This document shows, piece by piece, positions 9,647 to 18,708 of a stretch of DNA of 42,464 nucleotides (its first letter is position 1; each line of letters opens with the position of its first letter). Under the pieces are notes generated by a model. It worked only from the letters and a program-made list of their open reading frames with translations. It was not told the origin of the DNA and ran no database searches. The DNA lies in the NCBI GenBank assembly GCA_050015395.1, contig JBEKBM010000027.1:1-42464 (forward strand), written 5' to 3'. Both the position numbers and the translations under genes were made by a program. The stretch comes from Candidatus Bathyarchaeia archaeon. Its GTDB lineage: Archaea; Thermoproteota; Bathyarchaeia; Bathyarchaeales; Bathycorpusculaceae.

Positions 9647-10546
9647 TTGACTGAAGATAGGAAAAAATGTTTTGTAATTATGCCCTTTTCAAAAACGCGA
9701 GAAGAGCACACAGAAGAATATTGGAAAAGACATTTTTTTTCATTTTTAAAACCCCTTATCGAGGAAAAAGCCACACTGAAAGCGTATCGTTCTGAACCTT
9801 TGAGAGGTGATATTGCCAGTCAAATAATCACCGATTTAGTCAGCGCTGATATTGTAGTTGCTGAACTAACAGACCACAATCCAAATGTATTATGGGAATT
9901 GGGTGTCAGACAAAGCTTCAAGCAGTGTACAGTGACCATAGCAGAGAAGGGTACCCAGATACCTTTCCATTTTAGCCATAAAGGCATCTTATTCTATAAC
10001 GGAGACCACTTGGATAACAAAGAATTTGAAGAAACGTTCATTGCATCTTTGACAAACTGTATTGAATGCCCAAATGAACCAGACAGTCCAGTACTGGAAG
10101 CGATGGGTGGAAGAGGCACACTTTACAGCATAATTCATGCCGAAGAGAACAAAAGGAAATTAGATGCGTTAAAGATGGAAATTGAATATAACAAAATTCT
10201 GGTAGTAGAGATTTACGAAAATATTGAAAAAAATATATCCATTCGGTTAAAATGGAAAGAATCCTCAGAAAAAAAAGAACTTACTAGAATGTCATGTGGA
10301 GGTACAAAAACCTCTGCAGTTGAATACTTAATTGTCAACAGATATCTAGACCTCGAGGAGGGTTTCTACAGATTTTTAACAAATTATCAGGCTCATTTCA
10401 ACGCTATAAATGAACATCTTGTTGAATGGTCGAGAAACGCATTACACTCTGAGCAGTATCTCATTGAAACAAAGAATCGCACATTAGAAAATAACAAAAT
10501 GATGGATGAGTATATCGACAGAGCTTATAGCATATTAAAGGGTTAA
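9647..10546 (+). CDS. Nucleoside 2-deoxyribosyltransferase-like (NDT) domain protein with unknown helical C-terminus
   Basis: CFVIMPFS ... I...I...ADIVVAELT..NPNV.WELG ... IPF motif set; TTG start. Confidence 0.75.
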   Translation: MTEDRKKCFVIMPFSKTREEHTEEYWKRHFFSFLKPLIEEKATLKAYRSEPLRGDIASQIITDLVSADIVVAELTDHNPNVLWELGVRQSFKQCTVTIAEKGTQIPFHFSHKGILFYNGDHLDNKEFEETFIASLTNCIECPNEPDSPVLEAMGGRGTLYSIIHAEENKRKLDALKMEIEYNKILVVEIYENIEKNISIRLKWKESSEKKELTRMSCGGTKTSAVEYLIVNRYLDLEEGFYRFLTNYQAHFNAINEHLVEWSRNALHSEQYLIETKNRTLENNKMMDEYIDRAYSILKG

Positions 10547-10675
10547 CGAACTAAGAGAAAGATCACTTTCAAAATCCTGCTCAAAATTTGATTGTTATGT
10601 TTCGAGCCAAGCATTCTCCATTAAAAAAACCAGCGTACATTTTGTTAGTAACTATTAAATGTAGAATAGTAACGT

Positions 10676-10822
10676 TTAAAATGCTTCAAGAATCAGCCAA
10701 CCATCCTCATAAGACCAACGAGTCTTATCATAACCAGACAACTTAACCAACTGCTTCAAAGGAATAGACTCAATACGAGAACCCTGCTTACGAACCTTAA
10801 CAAACAAACGTAATTTAGCCAT
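10676..10822 (-). CDS. 48-aa AbrB/MazE/SpoVT-like DNA-binding micro-protein (not in ORF track)
   Basis: MAKLRLFVKVRKQGSRIESIPLKQLVKLSGYDKTRWSYEDGWLILEAF; KVRKxG..IP ... EDG.LI pattern; TTTAAA box upstream. Confidence 0.55.
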   Translation of the reverse strand: MAKLRLFVKVRKQGSRIESIPLKQLVKLSGYDKTRWSYEDGWLILEAF

Positions 10823-10940
10823 ACGTATCACAGGGTAAAAAGCAAAACAAACATTTAAAATTATTCCAAACGAGAGTTATCACAAACGATTTGGAAAAGC
10901 ATTAATCCTTAAACTCATAAAGAGAGTGTGGTGAATAGAA

Positions 10941-11381
10941 TTGGTTTACAAAATACTAATTGGCTTCAAGTTGGAACCAATAGAACCAGTGTCAAACAAG
11001 GAATTTTTTGTTACACTAACATTTCAAAATATTGGTGACTCAGTCTTCGTTGGAGGTCGTTTAGGGAAATTTTCTATTTCTGGAAAATCATCTACCCAAA
11101 AGATAATTGATGACAAATTACCGAAAGTACCTCCTATTAACATAAATCAGACAGTTACAATAGCCAAAGAAAGTTTTAATTTTAGAGAATCGGGTTCTTT
11201 ATGGCTACATGTTGCGGTGAAAGCAGATGATGCAGTCGAAGTGCAACATTTTCAAATTGCTGACTTCAATTTGGGTCAAGAATGGTCGAACATGTTTCTA
11301 GTTAGAGACCAAGACCTTGATACCATAATTAAGCTACTTGAGCGAATTGTCAACGTCCTAGAGAAGAAGGAAGCAAAATGA
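10941..11381 (+). CDS. Hypothetical beta-rich (Ig/CARDB-like) protein with C-terminal amphipathic helix
   Basis: 146-aa ORF, VTLTFQNIGD motif, ggtga SD before TTG, ATGA overlap with next gene. Confidence 0.6.
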   Translation: MVYKILIGFKLEPIEPVSNKEFFVTLTFQNIGDSVFVGGRLGKFSISGKSSTQKIIDDKLPKVPPININQTVTIAKESFNFRESGSLWLHVAVKADDAVEVQHFQIADFNLGQEWSNMFLVRDQDLDTIIKLLERIVNVLEKKEAK

Positions 11382-11785
11382 GCCAAGATAAGTCAGTAAC
11401 TTGGAAGCGAGAAGAACAAATAACGGTTCCGACTTATTCACAGGAAAGGCGAATTGCGATACGGTATCTCGATTGGGATAGATGCAAAAGAAGGCTGTCA
11501 AAAGCACGAAATGAAAAACCTCGATTAGATTTAGTTTTTTCTTTTCTCTTCGGAATTACTGCAACGTCGGGATTTTCAATTGCTACTTTTTATGCTGAAC
11601 CACATGCAAACCTTCCGAATTGGGCTTATCCTTTCTTCTATTTATTGCTAGTTTTCAGTCTTGGAACAGGCTTTGTTTTTGTTTATCTAGACAGAAAGCT
11701 AAACACGAATCGTGAATCAGAAATAGACGATATCATAAACGAAATGGAGAGCATCGAAAAAACTTTTCCGGAAGTAGCCTTATAG
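11378..11785 (+). CDS. Hypothetical two-TM membrane protein
   Basis: Two hydrophobic helices (LVFSFLFGITATSGFSIATF; FFYLLLVFSLGTGFVFVYL) with charged helical flanks; translationally coupled to the upstream gene. Confidence 0.7.
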   Translation: MSQDKSVTWKREEQITVPTYSQERRIAIRYLDWDRCKRRLSKARNEKPRLDLVFSFLFGITATSGFSIATFYAEPHANLPNWAYPFFYLLLVFSLGTGFVFVYLDRKLNTNRESEIDDIINEMESIEKTFPEVAL

Positions 11786-12037
11786 AACTGCATCTTCTCC
11801 CAGACTCTAAATTTAAAACCTAAAATGCCGAAATTAAGGTTTCTAACCTTTTAGTGCACACTATTCCATACCACAGGGTATAGCAGCGAAATAAGCCTTA
11901 TATCACACGACCTACCAGAGGAAAATAAAAATGGAAAAAAACAATAAACCAACCACAAGAAACACAGGGTAAAACCACAAACCCCATCAACAACCAAGAC
12001 AAAACAGAAACAGAACTAACAAAAGAACTAAGCCCAA

Positions 12038-12364
12038 AGGCAGGTACCCAAAACTCGTATCCATGCTAACTGTAGCCGAAAAAGCTCCAGCCTTAAAAGG
12101 CAAACACCGCGTATCACCCCTAACCAGTTGGATGTGGCTCCAGCGGTTCTTGGCTATCTTGAGAAGATTTAGTGATATGTCCAAACCGACCATATTGTAT
12201 CCTTCCTTGCTTAGGGGAATTAAGTGCCTGCCAGTTCCGCAGGCAAGGTCCAGAACCAACCCATTTTCTTTTAAGGTGTTTTTTATGAATTGTGTTTGCC
12301 GCTCAGTTGAGTTTTGGTCAGCTATCTCCGCCCAATAAACGCCCATTTCATCAAAAACACTCAT
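12038..12364 (-). pseudogene. N-terminal half of the class I SAM methyltransferase
   Basis: VLDLACGTGRH, GLDIS, RGD..CLPF, SMDTSFGYLP, then an abrupt switch to unrelated low-complexity sequence. Confidence 0.85.
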
Positions 12365-12900
12365 AATATTACTTTCTCGCACAGCCCTTTAAACAAGCGT
12401 CTGAGTGAGCAAGGATTCTCTCAGGCAAATTTGGGTTAACTCGAATTAGAGATTTAGCAAGCGTCTCTATGATTAACTCTCTAAAAAGCCACGGATTAAT
12501 TTTTTCAGCGATATGCGGAATGCGGAGCTTGGCTGATTGCTGGGCTGGCGTGTCAGGATAGGCGGGGAAGTTATATAGAAACAAGCGTTTGGCAAAATAA
12601 CCTCAAATCATCGAGTTGCAGGCTCATGCTTTTGCCACCACCTTAATGTTTTTCGATAGGATAAGGGTTACCATGAAAAGTGTAGAAAAAGCAGAGTCAT
12701 ATTTGGATCCTATATAGGAGCCTATTTGGATCATACAATAGACCGAGGGGGTAGGCTGTGAGAGAGACAGAGAGAGCAAGCGCATGGGCTTAGCATTTGG
12801 CTGTGGATGGGTTTTTAGTGGAATGATTTTCATGAGTCACTGTGCCTTTACTGCCGCTTTATATAGGGATTTTTAGGAACCCTGCGCGATAAATGCTTGA

Positions 12901-13002
12901 TTTAAGCCCCAAACAAAAAAAGCAACCTAAAACAAGCCCTGAACCCAAACCGCCTACCGATAGACCTACCCTAATATTTGTGCCAAAATTCAGCCACAAA
13001 AA
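12901..13002 (+). repeat. Dispersed ~100-bp non-coding repeat, copy 1
   Basis: Aligns along its length with the reverse complement of 27086-27187 (shared aaaaaagcaacc, aaaacaagccctga, tagacctacccta, tatttgtg, ccacaaaaa). Confidence 0.85.
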
Positions 13003-13155
13003 ACTGCTTGACCTATAGGTATACCCTAATTTTTACTGGTAGAATTCACCAATAAAAATGCTGAGATGAATATAACGAAGAGGTGTTAGTTTAAGGATTT
13101 TCGAGCCCCTTAAATACCGATGCATTTATTGTCTATTCTACTGGAGTTTCACACT

Positions 13156-13845
13156 TTGACTGAAAAGCAGGATTGGCAGCATCTTTACATGCTTCTTAAG
13201 CTCGCGGAGATGGGCGCTTACCGCCGAATCGCCAAAATTTCAACCGAGTTTTTAGCAGGCAAACTTGGAATTTCCCAGCAAACCGCGTCGCGCTATCTGA
13301 TAGAGCTTGAGCGCAGAGGGTGGATACAGCGAAACATTACTCCGGAAGGGAGCTTGATTAAAATTGAAGAGGCTGGAACTAAAGAGCTGCAAAAACTTTA
13401 TTCTAGCTTGAAATTTTTAGTTGAAAAATCGTATCCTCCTTCGGTAACTTTGGAAGGAACCGTTTTCACGGGTTTAGGTGAAGGCGCGTATTACATCGCA
13501 AAAGAGCCTTATCGGAAACAGTTTACTGAAAAGTTAGGGTTTGAACCTTACCCTGGCACGCTTAACCTTAAACTGTCAAGTGACTATGACATTAAAACTC
13601 GCATGGAAATAGAAGCTTACCCAGCAGTCGAGATTACAGGTTTCAAGAACGAAGACCGAACCTTTGGGCTGGTGAAATGTTACCCTGCAGTCATCGATAA
13701 CAAGGTTAAAGGCGCTTTAATAACAGCGTTGCGAAGCCACTATGATGTTTCAGTGCTCGAAATAATTGCGCCTGTATGCCTCAGAAAACAGTTAAACCTC
13801 AAAGACGGCAACACAGTAAAAGCGGAAATTTACATTATGCCCTAG
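13156..13845 (+). CDS. ribK: CTP-dependent riboflavin kinase with N-terminal winged HTH (RbkR-type)
   Basis: GISQQTASRYL HTH; G.V.TGLGEGAYY, PYPGTLNL, EIIAP..LR motifs; likely TTG start 13156. Confidence 0.92.
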   Translation: MTEKQDWQHLYMLLKLAEMGAYRRIAKISTEFLAGKLGISQQTASRYLIELERRGWIQRNITPEGSLIKIEEAGTKELQKLYSSLKFLVEKSYPPSVTLEGTVFTGLGEGAYYIAKEPYRKQFTEKLGFEPYPGTLNLKLSSDYDIKTRMEIEAYPAVEITGFKNEDRTFGLVKCYPAVIDNKVKGALITALRSHYDVSVLEIIAPVCLRKQLNLKDGNTVKAEIYIMP

Positions 13846-14451
13846 CTAAAACGGCGAAATGGAATGCTTATACTTAACTGAATACTGCTCATGCGGTTTA
13901 CGCATTGTACCTAACCAATAACCGATAAGCAAACCGAAACCTAATCCGCCTATATGAGCCAAATCATTCACGCCTGGCCCAGAACTGATAAACAGCAGAA
14001 AGAACGCGTAAACCAACGCTCCAAGAATAGATTGTCTAACAGAACGCCTATTATAAATCACAATTGCTCCGAACAATGAGAAAATTGCGCCTGAAGCTCC
14101 AACCGATAATAGGTTTGGTCCAAACGCTAAGGAAACAACGTTGCCTGCTAAGCCTCCAACGAGGTAGATTCCAAGGTACTCGGGCAGAGAAAACATTTCT
14201 TCTCCGCGTAAACCGAAGATGAATAGAAAAAGCATGTTGCCGCCAATATGCGCTATTGAGGCATGTATAAACATGGATGTGAAAAGCTGGTAATACCAGC
14301 CATGGAACACAAGAAAATTATATTGACCATATTGAAGCATAATGTTGTAGTTTGTGTTCAGCCAATTTCCGCCAACTATAGACGTGTAAATGTAGACAGC
14401 GACGTTTATGGCGATTAGAATGTACGTGGGCTTATACTTCACTGAATTCAT
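13846..14451 (-). CDS. Rhomboid intramembrane serine protease
   Basis: TSMFIH..IAHI..NM, GASGA, AHIGG motifs. Confidence 0.92.
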   Translation of the reverse strand: MNSVKYKPTYILIAINVAVYIYTSIVGGNWLNTNYNIMLQYGQYNFLVFHGWYYQLFTSMFIHASIAHIGGNMLFLFIFGLRGEEMFSLPEYLGIYLVGGLAGNVVSLAFGPNLLSVGASGAIFSLFGAIVIYNRRSVRQSILGALVYAFFLLFISSGPGVNDLAHIGGLGFGLLIGYWLGTMRKPHEQYSVKYKHSISPF

Positions 14452-14465
14452 GATGCATGACCGAT

Positions 14466-14609
14466 TTAGCCGTCAAGTTTGTCAATTATTTTCTGTTTAA
14501 TCTTTGATGAACTATCTAAAGTATTCTCTCCAAACTTGCCGATTCTAACAATTTTAACATTCACTTTGTGCTTATCCACGTAATTCGCGCGCTTCTCACT
14601 AGTAGTCAT
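14466..14609 (-). pseudogene. Orphan divergent copy of the ribL 3' end fused to a foreign start (47-codon ORF)
   Basis: MTTSEKR-ANYVDKHKVNVKIVRIGKFGENTLDSSSKIKQKIIDKLDG versus ribL SQYVNEHNLDVKIVRIGKFDADELDSSSKIREKVVEN. Confidence 0.8.
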
Positions 14610-15081
14610 GATCGCTCCTTCGTTTTCGCCAGTTTTCAACGACTTTCTCTCTTATTTTCGACGAAGAGTCCAGTTCATCTGCGTCGAATTTGCCTATCCG
14701 AACAATTTTCACGTCCAAGTTGTGTTCGTTCACGTATTGGGACACTCTTCTCTCCATTTCATCTTGGTCGTATCCTAAAGCAATTACATCGGGCTTAACT
14801 TTCTCAATAACTTCACCAATTTCAAGGTTCTCGTATCCAAGCACTGCTTCATCAACAACTTTCAACGATTCAACCAGTGTGCGGCGTTGATCCTCAGATA
14901 TTATGGGTTTTCTGCCCTTGGTTTTCTCTACCGTGCTGTCTCTTGCAACGATAACTACTAGTTTAGCGTTTTCTCCGCCTGCTTTTTTGGCATCTTCCAA
15001 AAATTTAACGTGCCCTAAATGAAGCAGGTCGAAAATGCCTGATGCTAAGACGACTTTTTTCTTTCTTGGTTTGTTGGCCAT
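14599..15081 (-). CDS. ribL: Archaeal FAD synthase (cytidylyltransferase family)
   Basis: SG.FDLLHLGH, VIVARD, K.KGRKP, PDVIALGYDQ, SSSKI motifs; near ribK. Confidence 0.85.
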   Translation of the reverse strand: MANKPRKKKVVLASGIFDLLHLGHVKFLEDAKKAGGENAKLVVIVARDSTVEKTKGRKPIISEDQRRTLVESLKVVDEAVLGYENLEIGEVIEKVKPDVIALGYDQDEMERRVSQYVNEHNLDVKIVRIGKFDADELDSSSKIREKVVENWRKRRSDHDY

Positions 15082-15332
15082 TCGAATTTCACAGCACCTA
15101 ATAGTTTTAAAGCGTCAAGGAGCCCTTCACAGTAGGCTACTGAAGTTAGGCTGGTTTCAAGCTTGCCTTGAGCCTTATAATACTTTGCGTCCTTCAAGTA
15201 ATCAGAAGCCCAACACAAAATATTAACCACAGATTCCTCTGTCACGCTAATGGGCACTTTTGTTTGTTGCAGTTCTTTAAGGACTTTTTCCGCTGAAAAA
15301 ATATACTTTGAAGTGAGCGCTTCTAGACTCAT
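15045..15332 (-). CDS. DUF357 protein
   Basis: YL.DAKYY...G....L..V.Y.EGLLDAL..LG; usual neighbour of dph5. Confidence 0.85.
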   Translation of the reverse strand: MSLEALTSKYIFSAEKVLKELQQTKVPISVTEESVVNILCWASDYLKDAKYYKAQGKLETSLTSVAYCEGLLDALKLLGAVKFEWPTNQERKKSS

Positions 15333-16126
15333 TTGGCAAGACTCCTAAACTCTGCTGGTGCGCCAGCAAAAGCAATCAAGGATTCGGTTTCCATAAAATG
15401 CATGTCGCCTGGAAAAATCAAACTGTAAGGTGGCTCGCCGAAGTCATAATTTACTAAATTTTTGACGAAATCAGCTTTCAAGGTTGGGTTGTTGCTTCCT
15501 GCCCGTGCGATGCCGACTGCAGCTGTGTCTGGGGTGATTACGCCTTTTTTGTTTTTTTGTTCAACCTCAAGTAGCATTGCGATGGCATGGTTGATATTTA
15601 AGAACTGCTTTTCGTTTGCTTTCAAATCTAAAAGGCAAAGGGTATGCAAACCAAGCTTCTTGTTTTGAACGATAACATTGTAGGGTGTCTCCGAAAAATT
15701 CTCAGGGAAGGGAACGGTAACTGTTTTTCCAAACTTGTAATTATGCAATCCCGATAAGCTAATTATCGCTGAAATTATTGAGGCCCCATGGATAATCCGT
15801 GTTTTTATTCCATGCTTTTCCGCATCAATTCGCAAAGTGACATGTGTCGTGGCGATAAATGGGTCACCGGGAACAAGAAACACTGCTTTGCCTTTTTTGG
15901 CGGCTTCAAGAATGATGGTGCCGTTTTCTTCCTCAAGTTCTTGTCTTGTAACTACTTGGATTTTTTTGCCGCACAAGGTCTCAAAGCTTTGCAGGTTAAA
16001 GTCTGGCATGAGGCTAGTGTAGAGTTCCATGAAAACGTAATCTGCAGTTTTGGTTTCTTCTAGACCTTTGATGCTTATGCCTTTTTCATCGTTTAATCCT
16101 AAACCTATGAAGACAAGTTCATTCAA
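15329..16126 (-). CDS. dph5: Diphthine synthase
   Basis: FIGLGL, E.YTS, GDPFIATTH, GLHNYKFGKTVT, GLHTLCLLD, LIFPG.MH..E. Confidence 0.95.
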   Translation of the reverse strand: MNELVFIGLGLNDEKGISIKGLEETKTADYVFMELYTSLMPDFNLQSFETLCGKKIQVVTRQELEEENGTIILEAAKKGKAVFLVPGDPFIATTHVTLRIDAEKHGIKTRIIHGASIISAIISLSGLHNYKFGKTVTVPFPENFSETPYNVIVQNKKLGLHTLCLLDLKANEKQFLNINHAIAMLLEVEQKNKKGVITPDTAAVGIARAGSNNPTLKADFVKNLVNYDFGEPPYSLIFPGDMHFMETESLIAFAGAPAEFRSLAK

Positions 16127-16168
16127 TTGTAAGCCCTTATAACTAATAAGGGAGTTAAAACTTAAACG

Positions 16169-16354
16169 TTATTTTTCCTTGATTTCGCCCTTTTTAACCA
16201 GTTGGTCGTAGTAAACGCGGCAAACGTCCATGGAAATTCCGTGTCGTTCACAAAATACTCCAAGAACTTTCTCTACTGGTTCATCAGGTTTTCTTTCTTT
16301 GACCATTTCCTTTAATTCTTGAATCTTATGCTTCTTATCAATTTTATCACTCAT
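16169..16354 (-). CDS. Small hypothetical protein
   Basis: 61 aa with protein-like composition (FCERHGISMDVC). Confidence 0.65.
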   Translation of the reverse strand: MSDKIDKKHKIQELKEMVKERKPDEPVEKVLGVFCERHGISMDVCRVYYDQLVKKGEIKEK

Positions 16355-16520
16355 ATGTGTCTTCCTTGCCTATTAGCCCTAGTATTAGCCACTCTCAAAA
16401 CCTTTTTGTTAATTAAGCCCTGCTTGTTTTTGGATGGAACATCCAACCAAACATTTATATGATTTACGTCAAAAAGAGAAACCTACATTTCAGCCGTGTA
16501 GCTGAAGGATTGAAACTTGA

Positions 16521-17651
16521 ATGAAGCCTGTTGAAAATCTAGTTAGAGATAACATAAAGAATCTTAAGCCATGCGTTCATGGTGGAGAGGTTTTGGATGC
16601 TGCAGGCAAGAGTGGTTTTAGACGGGAGGAAATTTTAGATTTCAGTTCAAGCGTGAATCCTTTAGGTCCATCAAAAAAGGCGCTTGAAGCAGCAAAAAAC
16701 AGTTTTAAAGAAATTCCTGCTTATCCAGACTCAAATTCTAACGAGTTACGGCAAGCTATTGCCAGTCACTTTAACGTATTAAACAAAAACAATGTCGTTG
16801 TTGGTAATGGCTCTACTGAACTTATATACTTGTTTGCTGAGGCTTTTATGAAAAAAGGCGACACCGCCATTATTCCTGCACCGACATTTGGGGAATACGA
16901 GAGTGCAGTTAGAAAGACTGGTGAAACACCAAAATTCGTAAAGCTTGACGGCAATTTCAACATTGAAGCGAATGCTTTTGAACAGGAAATGGCAGGCGCA
17001 AAGATTGTTTTCTTATGCAACCCCAACAATCCAACTAGCATTCTAGTTCCAAACGAAACTTTAACTGGAATAATTGAGCGGGCTTTGGAGCAGGATAGCC
17101 TTGTTTTTCTTGATGAAGATTTTTTGGAGTTTGTGGAAAACGAAAAAGCCCTATCACTGATAAACAAAATAAAGAGTTACCCTAACTTGTTTATTTTAAG
17201 GTCTTTTACGAAAATTTTTGGTTTAACTGGTTTGCGGGTTGGCTACGGAATTGCCTCTGAAGAAATCATCAATGTGCTATTGTGCGCGAAGATTCCTTGG
17301 AACGTTAACTGTTTAGCGCAGGCTGCCGCTGTTGCCGCGTTGAAAGACCAGGAGCATCTAAGGGTGACTCGTGAGCTTATCAAAAAAGAGAAAACACAAC
17401 TCTTAACCGAATTAGCGGAAATTAAGTCGTTCAAGATTTTTCAGCCTGACGCCAACTTTTTCTTCATTGACATTCGAAAATCAGGCTTAACAGCGACTGA
17501 ACTGAAGAATAAACTGTTGCGGGAGGGCATTTTGATTAGGGACTGCACCTCTTTTAGAGGACTTGACCAATACTATATTCGTGTAGCCGTTAAAACCCGT
17601 GTGGAGAATGAGCAGTTGATTGAAGCTTTGAAGCGGACAGTGAAGAATTAG
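16521..17651 (+). CDS. cobD: L-threonine-O-3-phosphate decarboxylase (class I PLP aminotransferase; HisC-like alternative)
   Basis: HGG...DFSSSVNPLG, GNGSTELI, CNPNNPT, RSFTKIFGL.GLRVGY, IRDC; upstream of cbiB. Confidence 0.8.
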   Translation: MKPVENLVRDNIKNLKPCVHGGEVLDAAGKSGFRREEILDFSSSVNPLGPSKKALEAAKNSFKEIPAYPDSNSNELRQAIASHFNVLNKNNVVVGNGSTELIYLFAEAFMKKGDTAIIPAPTFGEYESAVRKTGETPKFVKLDGNFNIEANAFEQEMAGAKIVFLCNPNNPTSILVPNETLTGIIERALEQDSLVFLDEDFLEFVENEKALSLINKIKSYPNLFILRSFTKIFGLTGLRVGYGIASEEIINVLLCAKIPWNVNCLAQAAAVAALKDQEHLRVTRELIKKEKTQLLTELAEIKSFKIFQPDANFFFIDIRKSGLTATELKNKLLREGILIRDCTSFRGLDQYYIRVAVKTRVENEQLIEALKRTVKN

Positions 17652-17678
17652 AAAAGACTAAGGTTTGAGTAGTGAACC

Positions 17679-18647
17679 ATGTTACCATTTGATTTCTCCT
17701 TGTTTGTCGATTCTGCCCTGATTTTTCTTTTAGCCTTTTTGATTGATGCACTCTTCGGAGAATATCCTAACAAGATTCACCCAACCATCGGCATAGGCAA
17801 AATAATATCTTACCTCAAACCAAAAGCGAAAAACCCAAACCCCAGAATCGAAAAAGCAAACGGCGTCATATTAGCCTTAAGTGTTATGCTGCTTGTTTCG
17901 GTTCCAGTGTTTTTGCTGCTTTTTTGGATTAGGCAATCCTTCGGTCCAATACCATACATTATTGTGGGCGCGGTTTTGTTTAAGGCTACTTTTGCAGTAA
18001 AAGGCATGGGCCAATACACCAAGCCAATAGCTGCTGCATTAAAGAAGAAGGATTTAGCTGAAGCGCGGAAATGGTTGCCCTTCATTGTCCGCCGAGATCC
18101 AAACACGCTAAATGAGAGACAGATAACTTCCGCTGCCGTGGAATCCATCGCGGAAAGCACCACAGACGGAATAACTGCACCATTCTTCTTCTTTGCCCTC
18201 TTCGGTGTTCCAGGCGCATTTGCATACCGTGTGGTTAACACATTGGATTCTATGGTTGGCTACAAGAACCCTGAAAACAAGAATATCGGCTGGTTCTCGG
18301 CGAATTTGGATACAATAGCTAATTATATCCCTGCCCGATTAACAGCTTACCTAATGGTTGCCGCCTCATTCTTTTTAAGGGAAAATTGGCGTGAATCATG
18401 GCGCATCCTGCAAAGAGACAAGGGAAAAACCGCGAGCATAAACGCGGGATGGACAATTTCAGCCATGGCTGGAGCATTGGGCACTCAACTGGAAAAGCAG
18501 GGCAACTACGCTTTAGGCGATGACCACGGCATCTCGCCAGAACACATCCCGAGGGCACTACGAGTAATGGCGTTGACTGCTGTACTGTTTGGCATAGTGG
18601 TGGTCGTGCCAGTTTTGGCTTTAAGAATCTATATTGCTGGCTTTTAG
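17679..18647 (+). CDS. cbiB: Adenosylcobinamide-phosphate synthase
   Basis: HP..IG, IV.RD, ESIAES..DG..AP, YRVVNTLDSMVGY, NYIPARL, NAGW...AMAGALG. Confidence 0.93.
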   Translation: MLPFDFSLFVDSALIFLLAFLIDALFGEYPNKIHPTIGIGKIISYLKPKAKNPNPRIEKANGVILALSVMLLVSVPVFLLLFWIRQSFGPIPYIIVGAVLFKATFAVKGMGQYTKPIAAALKKKDLAEARKWLPFIVRRDPNTLNERQITSAAVESIAESTTDGITAPFFFFALFGVPGAFAYRVVNTLDSMVGYKNPENKNIGWFSANLDTIANYIPARLTAYLMVAASFFLRENWRESWRILQRDKGKTASINAGWTISAMAGALGTQLEKQGNYALGDDHGISPEHIPRALRVMALTAVLFGIVVVVPVLALRIYIAGF

Positions 18648-18708
18648 TTGCATAGTTTTTAAACAGGCTTAGCATCAATATATAGGCATCAGAGAGGGAA
18701 CTACTGGT

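Larger units (their letters stand above)
9011..12037. mobile_element. ~3.0 kb AT-rich foreign island inserted in the methyltransferase gene; no integrase or transposase
   Basis: Methyltransferase halves flank it; visibly more AT-rich; hairpin cluster at left end; accessory genes. Confidence 0.7.

Noticed and set aside
9011-12037. Island as an intron, intein or integron cassette array
   Set aside because: Although the halves are in frame, the main genes lie on the opposite strand, no bulge-helix-bulge or attC-like repeats between genes were seen, and codons appear lost at the junction
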